Assembly: GCA_964416695.1 (NCBI GenBank)
Contig: CAYQFG010000003.1
Coordinates: forward strand, 1-44,884
From: an uncultured Bifidobacterium sp.
GTDB taxonomy: Bacteria; Fibrobacterota; Fibrobacteria; UBA11236
Reading direction: 5' to 3'
Length of the DNA stretch: 44,884 bases
The translations under genes and the position numbers were made by a program. Below are positions 19,174 to 29,809 of this stretch, one piece after another. Positions within the stretch are counted from its first letter, which is position 1; each line of letters opens with the position of its first letter. Under the pieces are notes generated by a model. The model had not been told where the DNA came from and ran no database searches. It saw only the letters and a program-made list of their open reading frames with translations.

Positions 19174-19359
19174 GGGGCCTCCGTGAGTGAAAGGGCCGGA
19201 ACCAGGGAACGTACCCGGGTACTTCACCCGGCGAAAATAGTTCCTGACAGGGTAGGCCTCCCTGCGACACATAAAATGATCATTTGAAAGCAGGATGCGT
19301 GCTGTTTGGCAGGGAAGGCTTACGGCACAGTTGACACCCGCCTCAGCACCCCTCACGCT

Positions 19360-20454
19360 TCAGGGCATGCTTCGAATGGCCCGCCCGCCCAAAATGACGA
19401 CCCGCTCCCCCGTCCACGCAATGTCCCGGGCACCGAAGACGGGTTTGGAGGCGCTCACGACCCAGCCGCTTCCGCTGTCCACAGAGAACGCGATCTTGTC
19501 CTCGGTGGAGGGGACGTCCCCAAGATAAACTCCCGCCACGTTGTCGCCGATTCTGCGGGCGTGTTTGAAATGCGGGACTTGCGTTCCCGGAACGCTGACC
19601 CACTCGATTCCGTCGGAGGACGTGCGCCGGGCCGACGTAAATCCGGAAGAGGATGACAAAATCATGGAGAACGTCAGGAAGCGGTCACCGGCCCAGACGA
19701 CGGTGACCAAGGACTGATCCGTCCCGGACTCCTGTTGGGTCCAGGAACTCCCGTCCGCGGAACTCAGGATGAGGCCCCCGTCCCCTACCGCCACAATGCG
19801 TTCGTCCGACGCCGCCACGGAGCGCAGCGGGCTTCCGGTTCCTGACAGACGGGTCGTCCAGTCGCTTCCATTCACGGAGGTCAGGATTGCGCCCTCATCC
19901 CCCACGGCCACGAACTGCGTGCCGGTCCAGATCAGGGACAGCAGGGTTGTCTCCGTGCCCGACACCCCGGAAGACCAGGTGACGCCGTCCGGTGAGCGGA
20001 GGATGGTCCCTGAATCCCCCACGGCGACCAGTCCTATGGGAGCGCACGCAATACTATGAAGAGTGTGGGCGGTTCCCGAGGTTTGCGGACTCCACTCCAA
20101 CCCGTCGGGAGACGTTTCAATGGACCCGTTCGTTCCCACGGCGACGAGACGTGCGCCCGTCCAGACCACGGACATGAGATTTGCATGCTGCCCCCCAGGC
20201 ATTCGGACCCAGCTCCACGCTCCCTCCAGCTTTACGGGCGGGAGATTTTCTTCGCAGGCCAAACCGTTGTGAGAGTTGGGTGGCGGAGGATCATCCGGTG
20301 TTTCGAGGGTGTCCGGTGTTCCCAGAGTGTCCTGCGTTCCGAGAGTATCCGGCGTCTCAACAACCTCCGGTGTTTCGATCACGTCCTGATGCAGGCACGC
20401 CGTGAGCACAAGGCAAAGCATCGCGCCGATGGAGCGGGAGAGGAAAGAACTCAT
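19360..20454 (-). CDS. lipoprotein with BNR/Ycf48-like beta-propeller repeats
   Basis: Signal peptide with lipobox LVLTAC. Five to six repeats of the type S-x-D-G-x-x-W (TSPDGLEWS, RSPDGVTWS, TSVNGSDWT, SSADGSSWT, TSSDGIEWV). TP/TLGT-rich linker. Confidence 0.75.
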   Translation of the reverse strand: MSSFLSRSIGAMLCLVLTACLHQDVIETPEVVETPDTLGTQDTLGTPDTLETPDDPPPPNSHNGLACEENLPPVKLEGAWSWVRMPGGQHANLMSVVWTGARLVAVGTNGSIETSPDGLEWSPQTSGTAHTLHSIACAPIGLVAVGDSGTILRSPDGVTWSSGVSGTETTLLSLIWTGTQFVAVGDEGAILTSVNGSDWTTRLSGTGSPLRSVAASDERIVAVGDGGLILSSADGSSWTQQESGTDQSLVTVVWAGDRFLTFSMILSSSSGFTSARRTSSDGIEWVSVPGTQVPHFKHARRIGDNVAGVYLGDVPSTEDKIAFSVDSGSGWVVSASKPVFGARDIAWTGERVVILGGRAIRSMP

Positions 20455-20529
20455 GACTACCCCCTAGGTCTGACCGGACGATGTGCCCATGCCCGGCGTG
20501 AGCACCTTCCCTGAAGATATCACAATTCC

Positions 20530-21055
20530 ACTCTCCGTGGGACATTTCATGGTCACACAACAACGCCATGAAAGCCGTCGCGCCATTGCACAACGGTGCC
20601 CCCTCTGTCAGCCCGGAATGACAGAGGTGCTGTCCCTACCGGAAAACGCCCGGAACAGCACGGGCTCGAACACCTCCACCGCCCGTCGAAATAGTCACGG
20701 GCCGAGAACGTCACAAACAGAGGTTCCGGGTTCCGGGTTCCGGGTTGGTTCAAGACAACCGGACACGAGCACGGCCGCAAGGCCTGCGGCGAAGAGGACG
20801 TTCTTGTTCATGCCACTTCCGCAGAGGGCGCGCAAGCAAGGTCCCTACATCCCCTGCCAGAATTTGAAGTTGTTCACCTCGATGTCGTGCAACGACGGCA
20901 TTTCGAAAAATTTGCTGCGCGCCCCGTCGGAGAACATGAACCCGTGGCGGATTTTCTTGAAGGAGATCTGGTCGAGCGGGCAGAACAGCGACAGTCCCTT
21001 GGTCTTCTTGCCGGGCTCGCCCTGCATCTCGTGAATCACGCCGCGCAACGCCCGC
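20530..21055. repeat. diverged copy A of a ~0.5-kb segmental duplication (partner at 22090-22630)
   Basis: By-eye alignment. Copy A covers the 3' end of the 262-aa gene, the spacer and the 5' end of the dehydrogenase gene. Boundaries approximate. Confidence 0.75.
20575..20811 (-). pseudogene. frameshifted 5' fragment of the PQQ-type sugar dehydrogenase lipoprotein gene
   Basis: ATG 20811 gives MNKNVLFAAGLAAVLVSGCLEPTRNPEPGTSVCDVLGP then stop. Downstream similarity to the intact gene (ARDYFDG, TVVQWR) continues in other frames. Contains (GGTTCCG)x3 at 20722-20742. Confidence 0.65.
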
Positions 21056-21072
21056 GGAACCGACAGGGCCAT
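20845..21072 (-). CDS. 75-aa paralog of the C-terminal domain of the 262-aa unknown protein
   Basis: The last 52 codons differ from 22417-22572 at 15 codons, 14 of them synonymous. Intact ATG and stop. No obvious ribosome-binding site. Confidence 0.55.
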   Translation of the reverse strand: MALSVPRALRGVIHEMQGEPGKKTKGLSLFCPLDQISFKKIRHGFMFSDGARSKFFEMPSLHDIEVNNFKFWQGM

Positions 21073-21145
21073 GACAGCTGGGACCCATCGTGACCTGAGC
21101 GGAGCATCCGCTCAGGTTGTAAACCGATGCCCGGCGCTCGTCACA

Positions 21146-22372
21146 TCAGGGGGTCAGGGACGCAGCGTCGGGAGCCGGCTCCAGCAGCAGGATCTTCCCG
21201 CTCCGGAAGGAAGTCGCGAACAACCGACCCTGGTCATCCAGATCGAAGGAGACCACATGCGGCACCCGACCGACCTCGACATAATCCCTGGGATTGTCAT
21301 CGGGGTTCTGCATGGCCCACACCTTGCCCGTCACGAAGTCTCCAAAGATGTAGGTGCCGTCAAAAGGGGTTCCGGCCTGCGGATAAAACACACCTCCCGT
21401 GACGCTCCGTGACTCGCTGCGGGGCAATGCCAGCAGCGGCGGCAAAAAGCCTTCGGTCGCGCATTCCGAGGCAGGCAATTTCTGCTCATAGTGAGCTTGA
21501 TTGACGCAAGCGGTTCCTTCCCAAATGGGCCAGCCCAGGTTGGCGCCACGCGGTACCAGGGTGATTTCCTCGTGCGTACTCTGACCCACGTCCCCCATCC
21601 AGATCGCCCCGGTGGCCGGGTGAAACGTCCATTTCCAGGGGCTGCGCAGCCCCAGCGCCCAGATTTCGGGGAGAGCGCCCGCGCTGTCGACAAAGGGGTT
21701 GCCCGGTGGGATGGCATAGTTTCGGGTCGGATCCAGCGGAAAGGCATCGGGACCGTCCACATCGATGCGGATGAACTTGCCGAACAGTGATGACAGGTTC
21801 TGGGCGCGCTCGCGGGTGTCGGGTGACACCATCCCTCCACCATCTCCGATGGCCGTGTACAGATATCCGTCCGCACCAAAGACAAGCTCACCGCCATTAT
21901 GCCAGATATCCGGCTTTTCCAGGATCAGCAGGCGGCGCTCCGGCTGGCCCGATCCGCGAAGAAGGGACGCGTCCGCCTCCCGCTCGGCCAGCACGATGGT
22001 TCCAGGAGCGGACCCTTCGACGTAGTAGACGTAATATTTGCGGTTCGTCGCATAGTCGGGATGAAATGTAAAGCCGACCAGGCCCCCGTCCTCTCCGTGC
22101 AGGACGGCGATGCGTTCAAACTCGGACGTTTCCCACGCGCCTTCGCGCCATTGCACGACGGTGATCGTCCCCGTCAGTCCGGGAATGACATAGGTGCTGT
22201 CCCTGCCGGGAAACGCCCGGAACAGAACGGGCTCGAACACCTCCACGGCCCCGTCGAAATAGTCACGCGCCGTGAGGGTTGCGAATGGAGGCTCCGGCGC
22301 TCGGGTTGGTTCAAGACAACCGGACACAAGCATGGCCGCAAGGCCCGCGGTGAAGAGGACATTCTTGTTCAT
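21146..22372 (-). CDS. PQQ-dependent sugar (glucose/sorbosone) dehydrogenase-family lipoprotein
   Basis: Lipobox MLVSGC. Motifs HNGGELVFGADGYLYTAIGDGGG, PGNPF, EIWALGLRSPWKWTFHP, GDVGQSTHEEI, GANLGWPIWEG are typical of the GSDH beta-propeller family. GGAGG upstream of the ATG. Confidence 0.85.
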   Translation of the reverse strand: MNKNVLFTAGLAAMLVSGCLEPTRAPEPPFATLTARDYFDGAVEVFEPVLFRAFPGRDSTYVIPGLTGTITVVQWREGAWETSEFERIAVLHGEDGGLVGFTFHPDYATNRKYYVYYVEGSAPGTIVLAEREADASLLRGSGQPERRLLILEKPDIWHNGGELVFGADGYLYTAIGDGGGMVSPDTRERAQNLSSLFGKFIRIDVDGPDAFPLDPTRNYAIPPGNPFVDSAGALPEIWALGLRSPWKWTFHPATGAIWMGDVGQSTHEEITLVPRGANLGWPIWEGTACVNQAHYEQKLPASECATEGFLPPLLALPRSESRSVTGGVFYPQAGTPFDGTYIFGDFVTGKVWAMQNPDDNPRDYVEVGRVPHVVSFDLDDQGRLFATSFRSGKILLLEPAPDAASLTP

Positions 22373-22630
22373 GAAACCTCCGGTGAGGACGGCGAGCGAC
22401 CAATGACCCGTCCCTACATCCCCTGCCAGAACTTGAAGTTGTTCACCTCGATGTCGTGCAGCGACGGCATCTCGAAGAACTTGCTGTGCGCGCCGTCGGA
22501 GAACATGAACCCATGGCGGATCTTCTTGAACGAGATCTGGTCGAGGGGACAGAACAGGGACAACCCCTTGGTGGTCTTTCCGGGGTTGGCCTGCATCTCG
22601 TGGATCGCATCCCGCAGCTTCGAGGGATGC
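22090..22630. repeat. copy B (functional genes) of the ~0.5-kb segmental duplication
   Basis: Partner of 20530-21055. Confidence 0.75.
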
Positions 22631-23202
22631 AGGAAGGGAAACGGCGCCTGCGCGAACGGATTCGTCTCGAAGGTTTCGAGGAACTCGCTGATGTTGAGAT
22701 CGATCTGGGTGTAGAACAGCTTGGGGCTGCCCTTGGCGTTGCCGGGTTCGGTGATGGAGGCGCCGAATTCGGGCATGGCCAGCGGCGAGAGCACCAGCAT
22801 CGACAGCGGCGCGATCTCGGCATAGGTGCGCAGGTAGCCGGCCTCGTGCGTCTTGTTGTATTCCGCAGGCTTGAGCTCCAGCACCTGCGCTTCGGCGTTG
22901 GCGAGATACACCGTCCTGATCGCATCGAAATCCATGTGCTCGAGCACCCGGTACGAGCTGATGAACTTGGTGCGCTTGGGCGATCCGTCCGGATGCGGAA
23001 CCATTTCGGCGTACGCCTCGTCGATCCTGAAATACGGATGACGGAACGCAGGATCGATTTCCGCGAAGACGAGCTTGCCGTTGTAATGGCGGATGGATCC
23101 CACCAGATAGTGACGCGCGAAATCCTGCGGTCCCAGGTGCGAGGCGATGAGCGCCTGGTTGGGATAGAGGATCTGGTAAAGATGGGTGGTGAACGAACTC
23201 AT
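22414..23202 (-). CDS. conserved-looking hypothetical cytoplasmic protein (262 aa), family not recognised
   Basis: MSSFTTHLYQILYPNQALIASHLGPQDFARHYL.... No signal peptide or TM segment. Good GC3 bias. ATG at 23202 preferred over the ORF-track start at 23295. Confidence 0.75.
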   Translation of the reverse strand: MSSFTTHLYQILYPNQALIASHLGPQDFARHYLVGSIRHYNGKLVFAEIDPAFRHPYFRIDEAYAEMVPHPDGSPKRTKFISSYRVLEHMDFDAIRTVYLANAEAQVLELKPAEYNKTHEAGYLRTYAEIAPLSMLVLSPLAMPEFGASITEPGNAKGSPKLFYTQIDLNISEFLETFETNPFAQAPFPFLHPSKLRDAIHEMQANPGKTTKGLSLFCPLDQISFKKIRHGFMFSDGAHSKFFEMPSLHDIEVNNFKFWQGM

Positions 23203-23241
23203 GTGAAGCACCTCTGCGTCTGAACCTTGTTGCAAACCCGC

Positions 23242-23291
23242 CGCGGGACTCCCGTCCCGCTGCACCGGAACCGGCGCTCCGCGCCGGTTCC
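23242..23291 (-). terminator. two GC-rich hairpins downstream of hppA (no U tract)
   Basis: GGAACCGGCGC-tcc-GCGCCGGTTCC (23267-23291, 11-bp perfect stem) and GCGGGAC-tccc-GTCCCGC (23242-23259). They lie directly after the hppA stop. Confidence 0.45.
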
Positions 23292-23310
23292 TCAACCTCC
23301 GAAAACCCGC

Positions 23311-25386
<2,076 letters not shown>

Positions 25387-25607
25387 AATGCCTTTCCAGT
25401 GCCCGGTTCCTGCCGGCTGCGCCGGTCCCGGGATATTTCAAAAGCGAACAGGCGTAACCTGAATGCCTAGCCGATGGTTTTAAGCGGAAAGAATCGAGAC
25501 GGCGGAAGAAACGCACGGCGACACGACGCCTGCCCGGCGATTTCTCCCGCGCACGATCTACGAATCATTTTGCCAATTTCCGGTTCCGCTAATCTACTAT
25601 CTCGGAC

Positions 25608-26648
25608 ATGGATTCGCCTATTGATTCGCGCATACCCGAGGTTATTTTCGCTTTCAACGGCGATGCCGACGGAATCATCAGCCAGCAGCTCGCCCTGTTG
25701 GCGGGAATCTCACCGACGCAGCGATTGACGGGGCTGAAACGCGACCTTCGCCTGTTGCGGACGTTGCGGCATCCGATGTCTTCCGACATCGCGGATCGCC
25801 CCCTGGACTTGTATGTCTTCGACATAAACCTGCGTGACAGTCGGGACGATCTTTACAGGCTCCTTCAAAATCCTACCACTAATGTCAGGTGGTACGACCA
25901 CCACGAACCCGGGGACATCCCCGACTCGCCCCGCCTCCGCACCCGCATCACCACCGCGCGCACCGCCTGCACCGGCCTGCTCGTCCACGCCGATCTCATC
26001 GCCCAGGGCCGAGGCCAGGACCCCCGGTGGGCCGCCATCGCCGCCTGGGGCGACAACCTCCCTGAAGGCGCCGAGGCCCTGCTCGCCCCCCTCAACCTCT
26101 CCCCCGCCGCCCGCGAAGCCCTGCGCGAAGCCGGCGAACTCCTCAACTACAACGCCTACGGCGAAACCCCCGATGACGTTCTCTACCAGCCGCGAGACGT
26201 CGCCGAACGCATGGCCGAGTTCGACGACCCCGAGGTTTTCATCCGTGAAAGCGGCCTGATCGAACCGCTGCGACAACAATTTGCCGAAGACGAGCGCAGG
26301 TTCGGGGGGTTGAGCCCGGACTCGGAGAGTCCGGGGGCGTCGGTGTATGTCCTTCCCGGGACGGGGTGGGCGCGGCGTCTGGGATCCACGTGGGCCAACC
26401 GCGCCGCGCGGGAAAACCCGGAGCGGGCCTTTGCCGTGCTGCACCCACAGTCGGACGGCCACTATCAGGTGTCGATCCGCGCGCCGCGAGGGCGCGCGGA
26501 TGCGCCGGCCGCCTCATCGCTGGCCGAACAGTTTCCCTCCGGCGGCGGACGCGCCCTGGCGGCCGGCATCAACCGGCTGCCCGCTTCCGGGGTGGAGGAC
26601 TTCACGCGGCGGTTCATCGACACCTACGGATCGTACGGGACGATGTAG
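25608..26648 (+). CDS. DHH-family phosphoesterase-like protein
   Basis: FNGDADGIISQ (DxDG motif) and WYDHHEPGD (DHH motif). The remainder was not recognised. Confidence 0.55.
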   Translation: MDSPIDSRIPEVIFAFNGDADGIISQQLALLAGISPTQRLTGLKRDLRLLRTLRHPMSSDIADRPLDLYVFDINLRDSRDDLYRLLQNPTTNVRWYDHHEPGDIPDSPRLRTRITTARTACTGLLVHADLIAQGRGQDPRWAAIAAWGDNLPEGAEALLAPLNLSPAAREALREAGELLNYNAYGETPDDVLYQPRDVAERMAEFDDPEVFIRESGLIEPLRQQFAEDERRFGGLSPDSESPGASVYVLPGTGWARRLGSTWANRAARENPERAFAVLHPQSDGHYQVSIRAPRGRADAPAASSLAEQFPSGGGRALAAGINRLPASGVEDFTRRFIDTYGSYGTM

Positions 26649-26669
26649 GGGCGAATCATCATTCGCCCC
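26648..26669 (+). terminator. 9-bp perfect hairpin right after the DHH gene stop (no U tract)
   Basis: GGGGCGAAT-catc-ATTCGCCCC. Confidence 0.3.
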
Positions 26670-26769
26670 TCCCGAAAAACCGCCGCACCGCCCGGTGGCC
26701 CGCCTCCCCCGGTGGGGCGATCGGGACAATCCAGCGAATCGACCGCCCCGGTGGTTATTTTTCCCCACC

Positions 26770-28095
26770 ATGACCCGCATTACCAGCAAGTTCGGGGGCT
26801 CCAGCGTCGCGGATGCCCGTCAGTTCGTCAAGATCAAGGATATTCTGGGCCGCGATGCGCGTCGTCGCGTCGTCGTCGTGTCGGCCCCGGGCAAACGCCA
26901 CTCCGGCGAAGCCAAACTGACCGACCTGCTGTATCAGTGCCATCATGCGGCCCGCAAGAACATTCCGTTCGACGAGGCGTTCGCGCTGATCCGCGACCGG
27001 TTTCTGGAGATCGAGCGCGACCTGAACCTGAACGCCGGCATGGCTGCGGAGATGGAAACCTTCCACGCCCAGATCCTGAAAGGCGCCACGGGCGACTTCA
27101 TCGCCTCGCGCGGCGAATACTTCTCGGGCAAACTGATGGCGGCGTTTCTTGGCGCCACATTCGTGGAACCGGCGGAGTGCATCTTCTTCGACAAGACCGG
27201 ACGCCTCGACCCGCGCAGCTATGAGGCCCTCGGCGCCCGCCTGAACGACGCCGCCGCGACCTACGTGATCCCCGGCTTCTACGGCTCCGACGCCGACGGC
27301 CAGGTGAAGACCTTCTCGCGCGGCGGCTCCGACATCTCGGGCGCCATCGCCGCACGCGCCTCCGGTTCGGAACTGTACGAGAACTGGACCGACGTGTCGG
27401 GCCTGCTCATGGCCGACCCGCGCATCGTCGAAAACCCCCACCCCCTCGACCTCGTCAGCTACCGCGAAATCCGCGAGCTGTCGTACATGGGCGCGAGCGT
27501 CTTCCACGACGAGGCCATCGCGCCGGTGCGCGAAGCGGGCATCCCCATCAACATCCGCAACACCAACCGTCCCGACGACGCGGGCACGATGATCGTGTCG
27601 AAGTTGCCCGAGGTGACGGTGTACGACATCGCCGGCATCGCGGGCAAAAAGAACTTCTCATTGTTCACCGTCGAGAAGGCGATGATGAACAAGGAACTCG
27701 GCTTCGCCCGCCGTTTCCTGAGCCTGTTCGAAACGCACGGCGTGTCGATCGAGCACTGCCCGACGAGCATCGACAGCATGAGCGTGCTCGTTTCTTCAGA
27801 AGAAATCGGTGCCGACGCATCGAAGGCTGAAGCCCTGCGCGAGGACATCGAACGCGTGCTTCAGCCCGACAAGCTGGAGGTCGAAAACGAACTGGCGCTG
27901 ATCGCGGTGGTGGGCGAAGGCATGACGCGCCAGGTGGGCATGGCGGCGAAGGCCTTCAAGGCGCTCGCCGAAGCCAACGTCAACGTGCGCGTGATCAACC
28001 AGGGCGCGTCGGAGCTGAACATCATCGTGGGCGTCGCGAACGCGGACTATGAGAAGGCGATCAAGGCGCTGTACGCGGAGATGACGCGGAAGTAG
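26770..28095 (+). CDS. aspartate kinase (monofunctional, ~440 aa class)
   Basis: MTRITSKFGGSSVADARQF...VVVVSAPGKRHSGEAKLTDLL...SRGGSDISGA... plus C-terminal ACT region (LIAVVGEGM...NVRVINQGASELNIIVGV). The ORF-track start at 26347 is rejected. Confidence 0.92.
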   Translation: MTRITSKFGGSSVADARQFVKIKDILGRDARRRVVVVSAPGKRHSGEAKLTDLLYQCHHAARKNIPFDEAFALIRDRFLEIERDLNLNAGMAAEMETFHAQILKGATGDFIASRGEYFSGKLMAAFLGATFVEPAECIFFDKTGRLDPRSYEALGARLNDAAATYVIPGFYGSDADGQVKTFSRGGSDISGAIAARASGSELYENWTDVSGLLMADPRIVENPHPLDLVSYREIRELSYMGASVFHDEAIAPVREAGIPINIRNTNRPDDAGTMIVSKLPEVTVYDIAGIAGKKNFSLFTVEKAMMNKELGFARRFLSLFETHGVSIEHCPTSIDSMSVLVSSEEIGADASKAEALREDIERVLQPDKLEVENELALIAVVGEGMTRQVGMAAKAFKALAEANVNVRVINQGASELNIIVGVANADYEKAIKALYAEMTRK

Positions 28096-28105
28096 AGCGC
28101 TCACG

Positions 28106-28127
28106 AGGATGCCTGCGAAAGCATCCT
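28106..28127. terminator. hairpin between convergent aspartate kinase and CotH genes
   Basis: AGGATGC-ctgcgaaa-GCATCCT. No U tract on either side. Confidence 0.3.
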
Positions 28128-28153
28128 GCGGTCAACGACGAAACAACGCTCCG

Positions 28154-29422
28154 TTACAACTCATTGATTGCTGCGTCCAGGTAGTCCATTCGATCCCGCC
28201 ACCATGTCTGCATACGGGTGATTTCCTGTGCGAAGTCCAAAGTATCGCCGGTTAACATGTTCGCAAAGTTGGCGGAACCCCGCCAAATAGAAGCGTCCAA
28301 TTGGCGCGATACTCCGAGCTCGACGCCCTTCGTCGCGATAAAGCTCTCCATGTCGTCGATCTCAGGTTTCATCGAGTTCCAGGTATTCTGGTACAGCGAC
28401 ACGAATACTGGGTCATCAAAAAAGCGCCGGAAAAACGCATGCTTGTCGGAAGCAACCCGCGGCCCGAAGAAATACCCGTCTCCTGCGGAACCAATTCCGT
28501 AGGCCCAATCGAAATCCCACAGCGGGCCCATATGAATGATGGAATCAGAATCCATGTACATATGTGTGCTCTTCGGGTGACCGATCTCACCATTTTTCGT
28601 GATCTCGTGGATCATTATGAAATCGACGAATGATTGGAGATCCACCAACGCCCGGTATTCAGGATCGGGCGCCGCATTCCCATCGTTGTATAACAGCGTT
28701 TCCAGGCGCCCGACCGCATCCCGCACGAACGCATAACCTTCCGAATAGCCGTTCCCCCGATTCTCCGGGGACTTGATCATGGCGGGCAGATCGTAAACCT
28801 CCGTCCGGAACTTGGGTTCTTCGTCGAAGTATGTATCGAATTCAATGAAAAACCCTTCTTCCTCGTCGATGTCGAGTCGCCCTTTACCAACCTGCTTATG
28901 CTCCGTCAGGACGTAACTGCCTTGGTGTACGCCATTCAGAACCAACTCCACGTGCACGGCATGGTGCGTAAAGGGAAGCCCGAAACGCTTCCCCAATTCG
29001 AACGCCACCGTGTTCATGATGAGCGTGGGGTCCAGATAGTTCGCCAGCAACACCCAATTTTTGGCCGGTTCCAGCCCGAACAGGGAGACTTTTTCAGAGA
29101 ACTTGATTCGGTAGGGTTTTTTGGGGAAACCCCACGTCGTGTTTCCGCGGCCGCGGATTTCGCCGGCATGCGACAGCGTCGTATCCTTCATCGCCTCGGA
29201 CTCGAACACCGTGATCTCAGCGCCCAGATAGGATTCCTTGCTGACGACCGGAAGCATGTCTTCCGTCTGGACGTCAATGACGGGCAGGCCCGATACGGGG
29301 GGCGCTTGAGGCTGTCGCGGTGGGTCGTCGATTGGATGCAGGCATCCTGCGATGACGCTTAAGACGCCCCAGGCGGCCAGAAGGCCTCCGATGCGGCGCC
29401 GGGTGCTCCACACGTTCCCCAA
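28154..29422 (-). CDS. CotH-family (atypical protein kinase fold) lipoprotein
   Basis: Lipobox VIAGC. KKPYRIKF, KNWVLLANYLDPTLIMN, VELVLNGVHQGSYVLTEH, HPKSTHMYMD and GPLWDFDWAYG are CotH family hallmarks. TTG start with GAGGAGG 7 nt upstream. Visibly lower GC than its neighbours. Confidence 0.8.
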   Translation of the reverse strand: MGNVWSTRRRIGGLLAAWGVLSVIAGCLHPIDDPPRQPQAPPVSGLPVIDVQTEDMLPVVSKESYLGAEITVFESEAMKDTTLSHAGEIRGRGNTTWGFPKKPYRIKFSEKVSLFGLEPAKNWVLLANYLDPTLIMNTVAFELGKRFGLPFTHHAVHVELVLNGVHQGSYVLTEHKQVGKGRLDIDEEEGFFIEFDTYFDEEPKFRTEVYDLPAMIKSPENRGNGYSEGYAFVRDAVGRLETLLYNDGNAAPDPEYRALVDLQSFVDFIMIHEITKNGEIGHPKSTHMYMDSDSIIHMGPLWDFDWAYGIGSAGDGYFFGPRVASDKHAFFRRFFDDPVFVSLYQNTWNSMKPEIDDMESFIATKGVELGVSRQLDASIWRGSANFANMLTGDTLDFAQEITRMQTWWRDRMDYLDAAINEL

Positions 29423-29809
29423 AAAAACCTCCTCGGCCAGCCGACAACGAGATCAGGAATCCGCCCCCCTGAATGAGCAGGGTGTAGCGAATCGAGAGGG
29501 CGGTTGACGATGTCTTTAATGTACTAACAACACGTTTTTTCCGACCCCCCCTGAAACGATCACGCAGGATTTGCAAAGAGATCCGTGGCGAGGTCTCCGA
29601 AAGGAGTGCCGGCGAAGCGCTAGACGCGAAGACCGGCAGCTTTCACAGCCACCGGACGCGGCGGACGCGTTTGGTCATGCGTGCCTCACGCGCGCCGCAG
29701 GACGACGGTACACGCAGGCATACCGCAGACATACGCAGGGGTGACTCCCCAAAAACGCGGCGCGCTCCCCCCCGAATCCTCCCGGAAGGAAGCAGCGCGT
29801 TCCCCTCGC

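Noticed and set aside
20575-20811. 38-aa lipopeptide gene (signal peptide plus 19-residue mature peptide) from the duplicated dehydrogenase 5' end
   Set aside because: Similarity to the parent gene continues beyond the stop in other frames. A microsatellite insertion is present, and the ribosome-binding site is weaker than in the parent. Decay is the more economical explanation, although expression cannot be excluded.
26649-26769. Lysine riboswitch or T-box leader upstream of aspartate kinase
   Set aside because: The spacer is only ~120 nt, is mostly C/G-rich, and shows none of the conserved L-box segments that I can recognise. Only a terminator-like hairpin belonging to the upstream gene is present.
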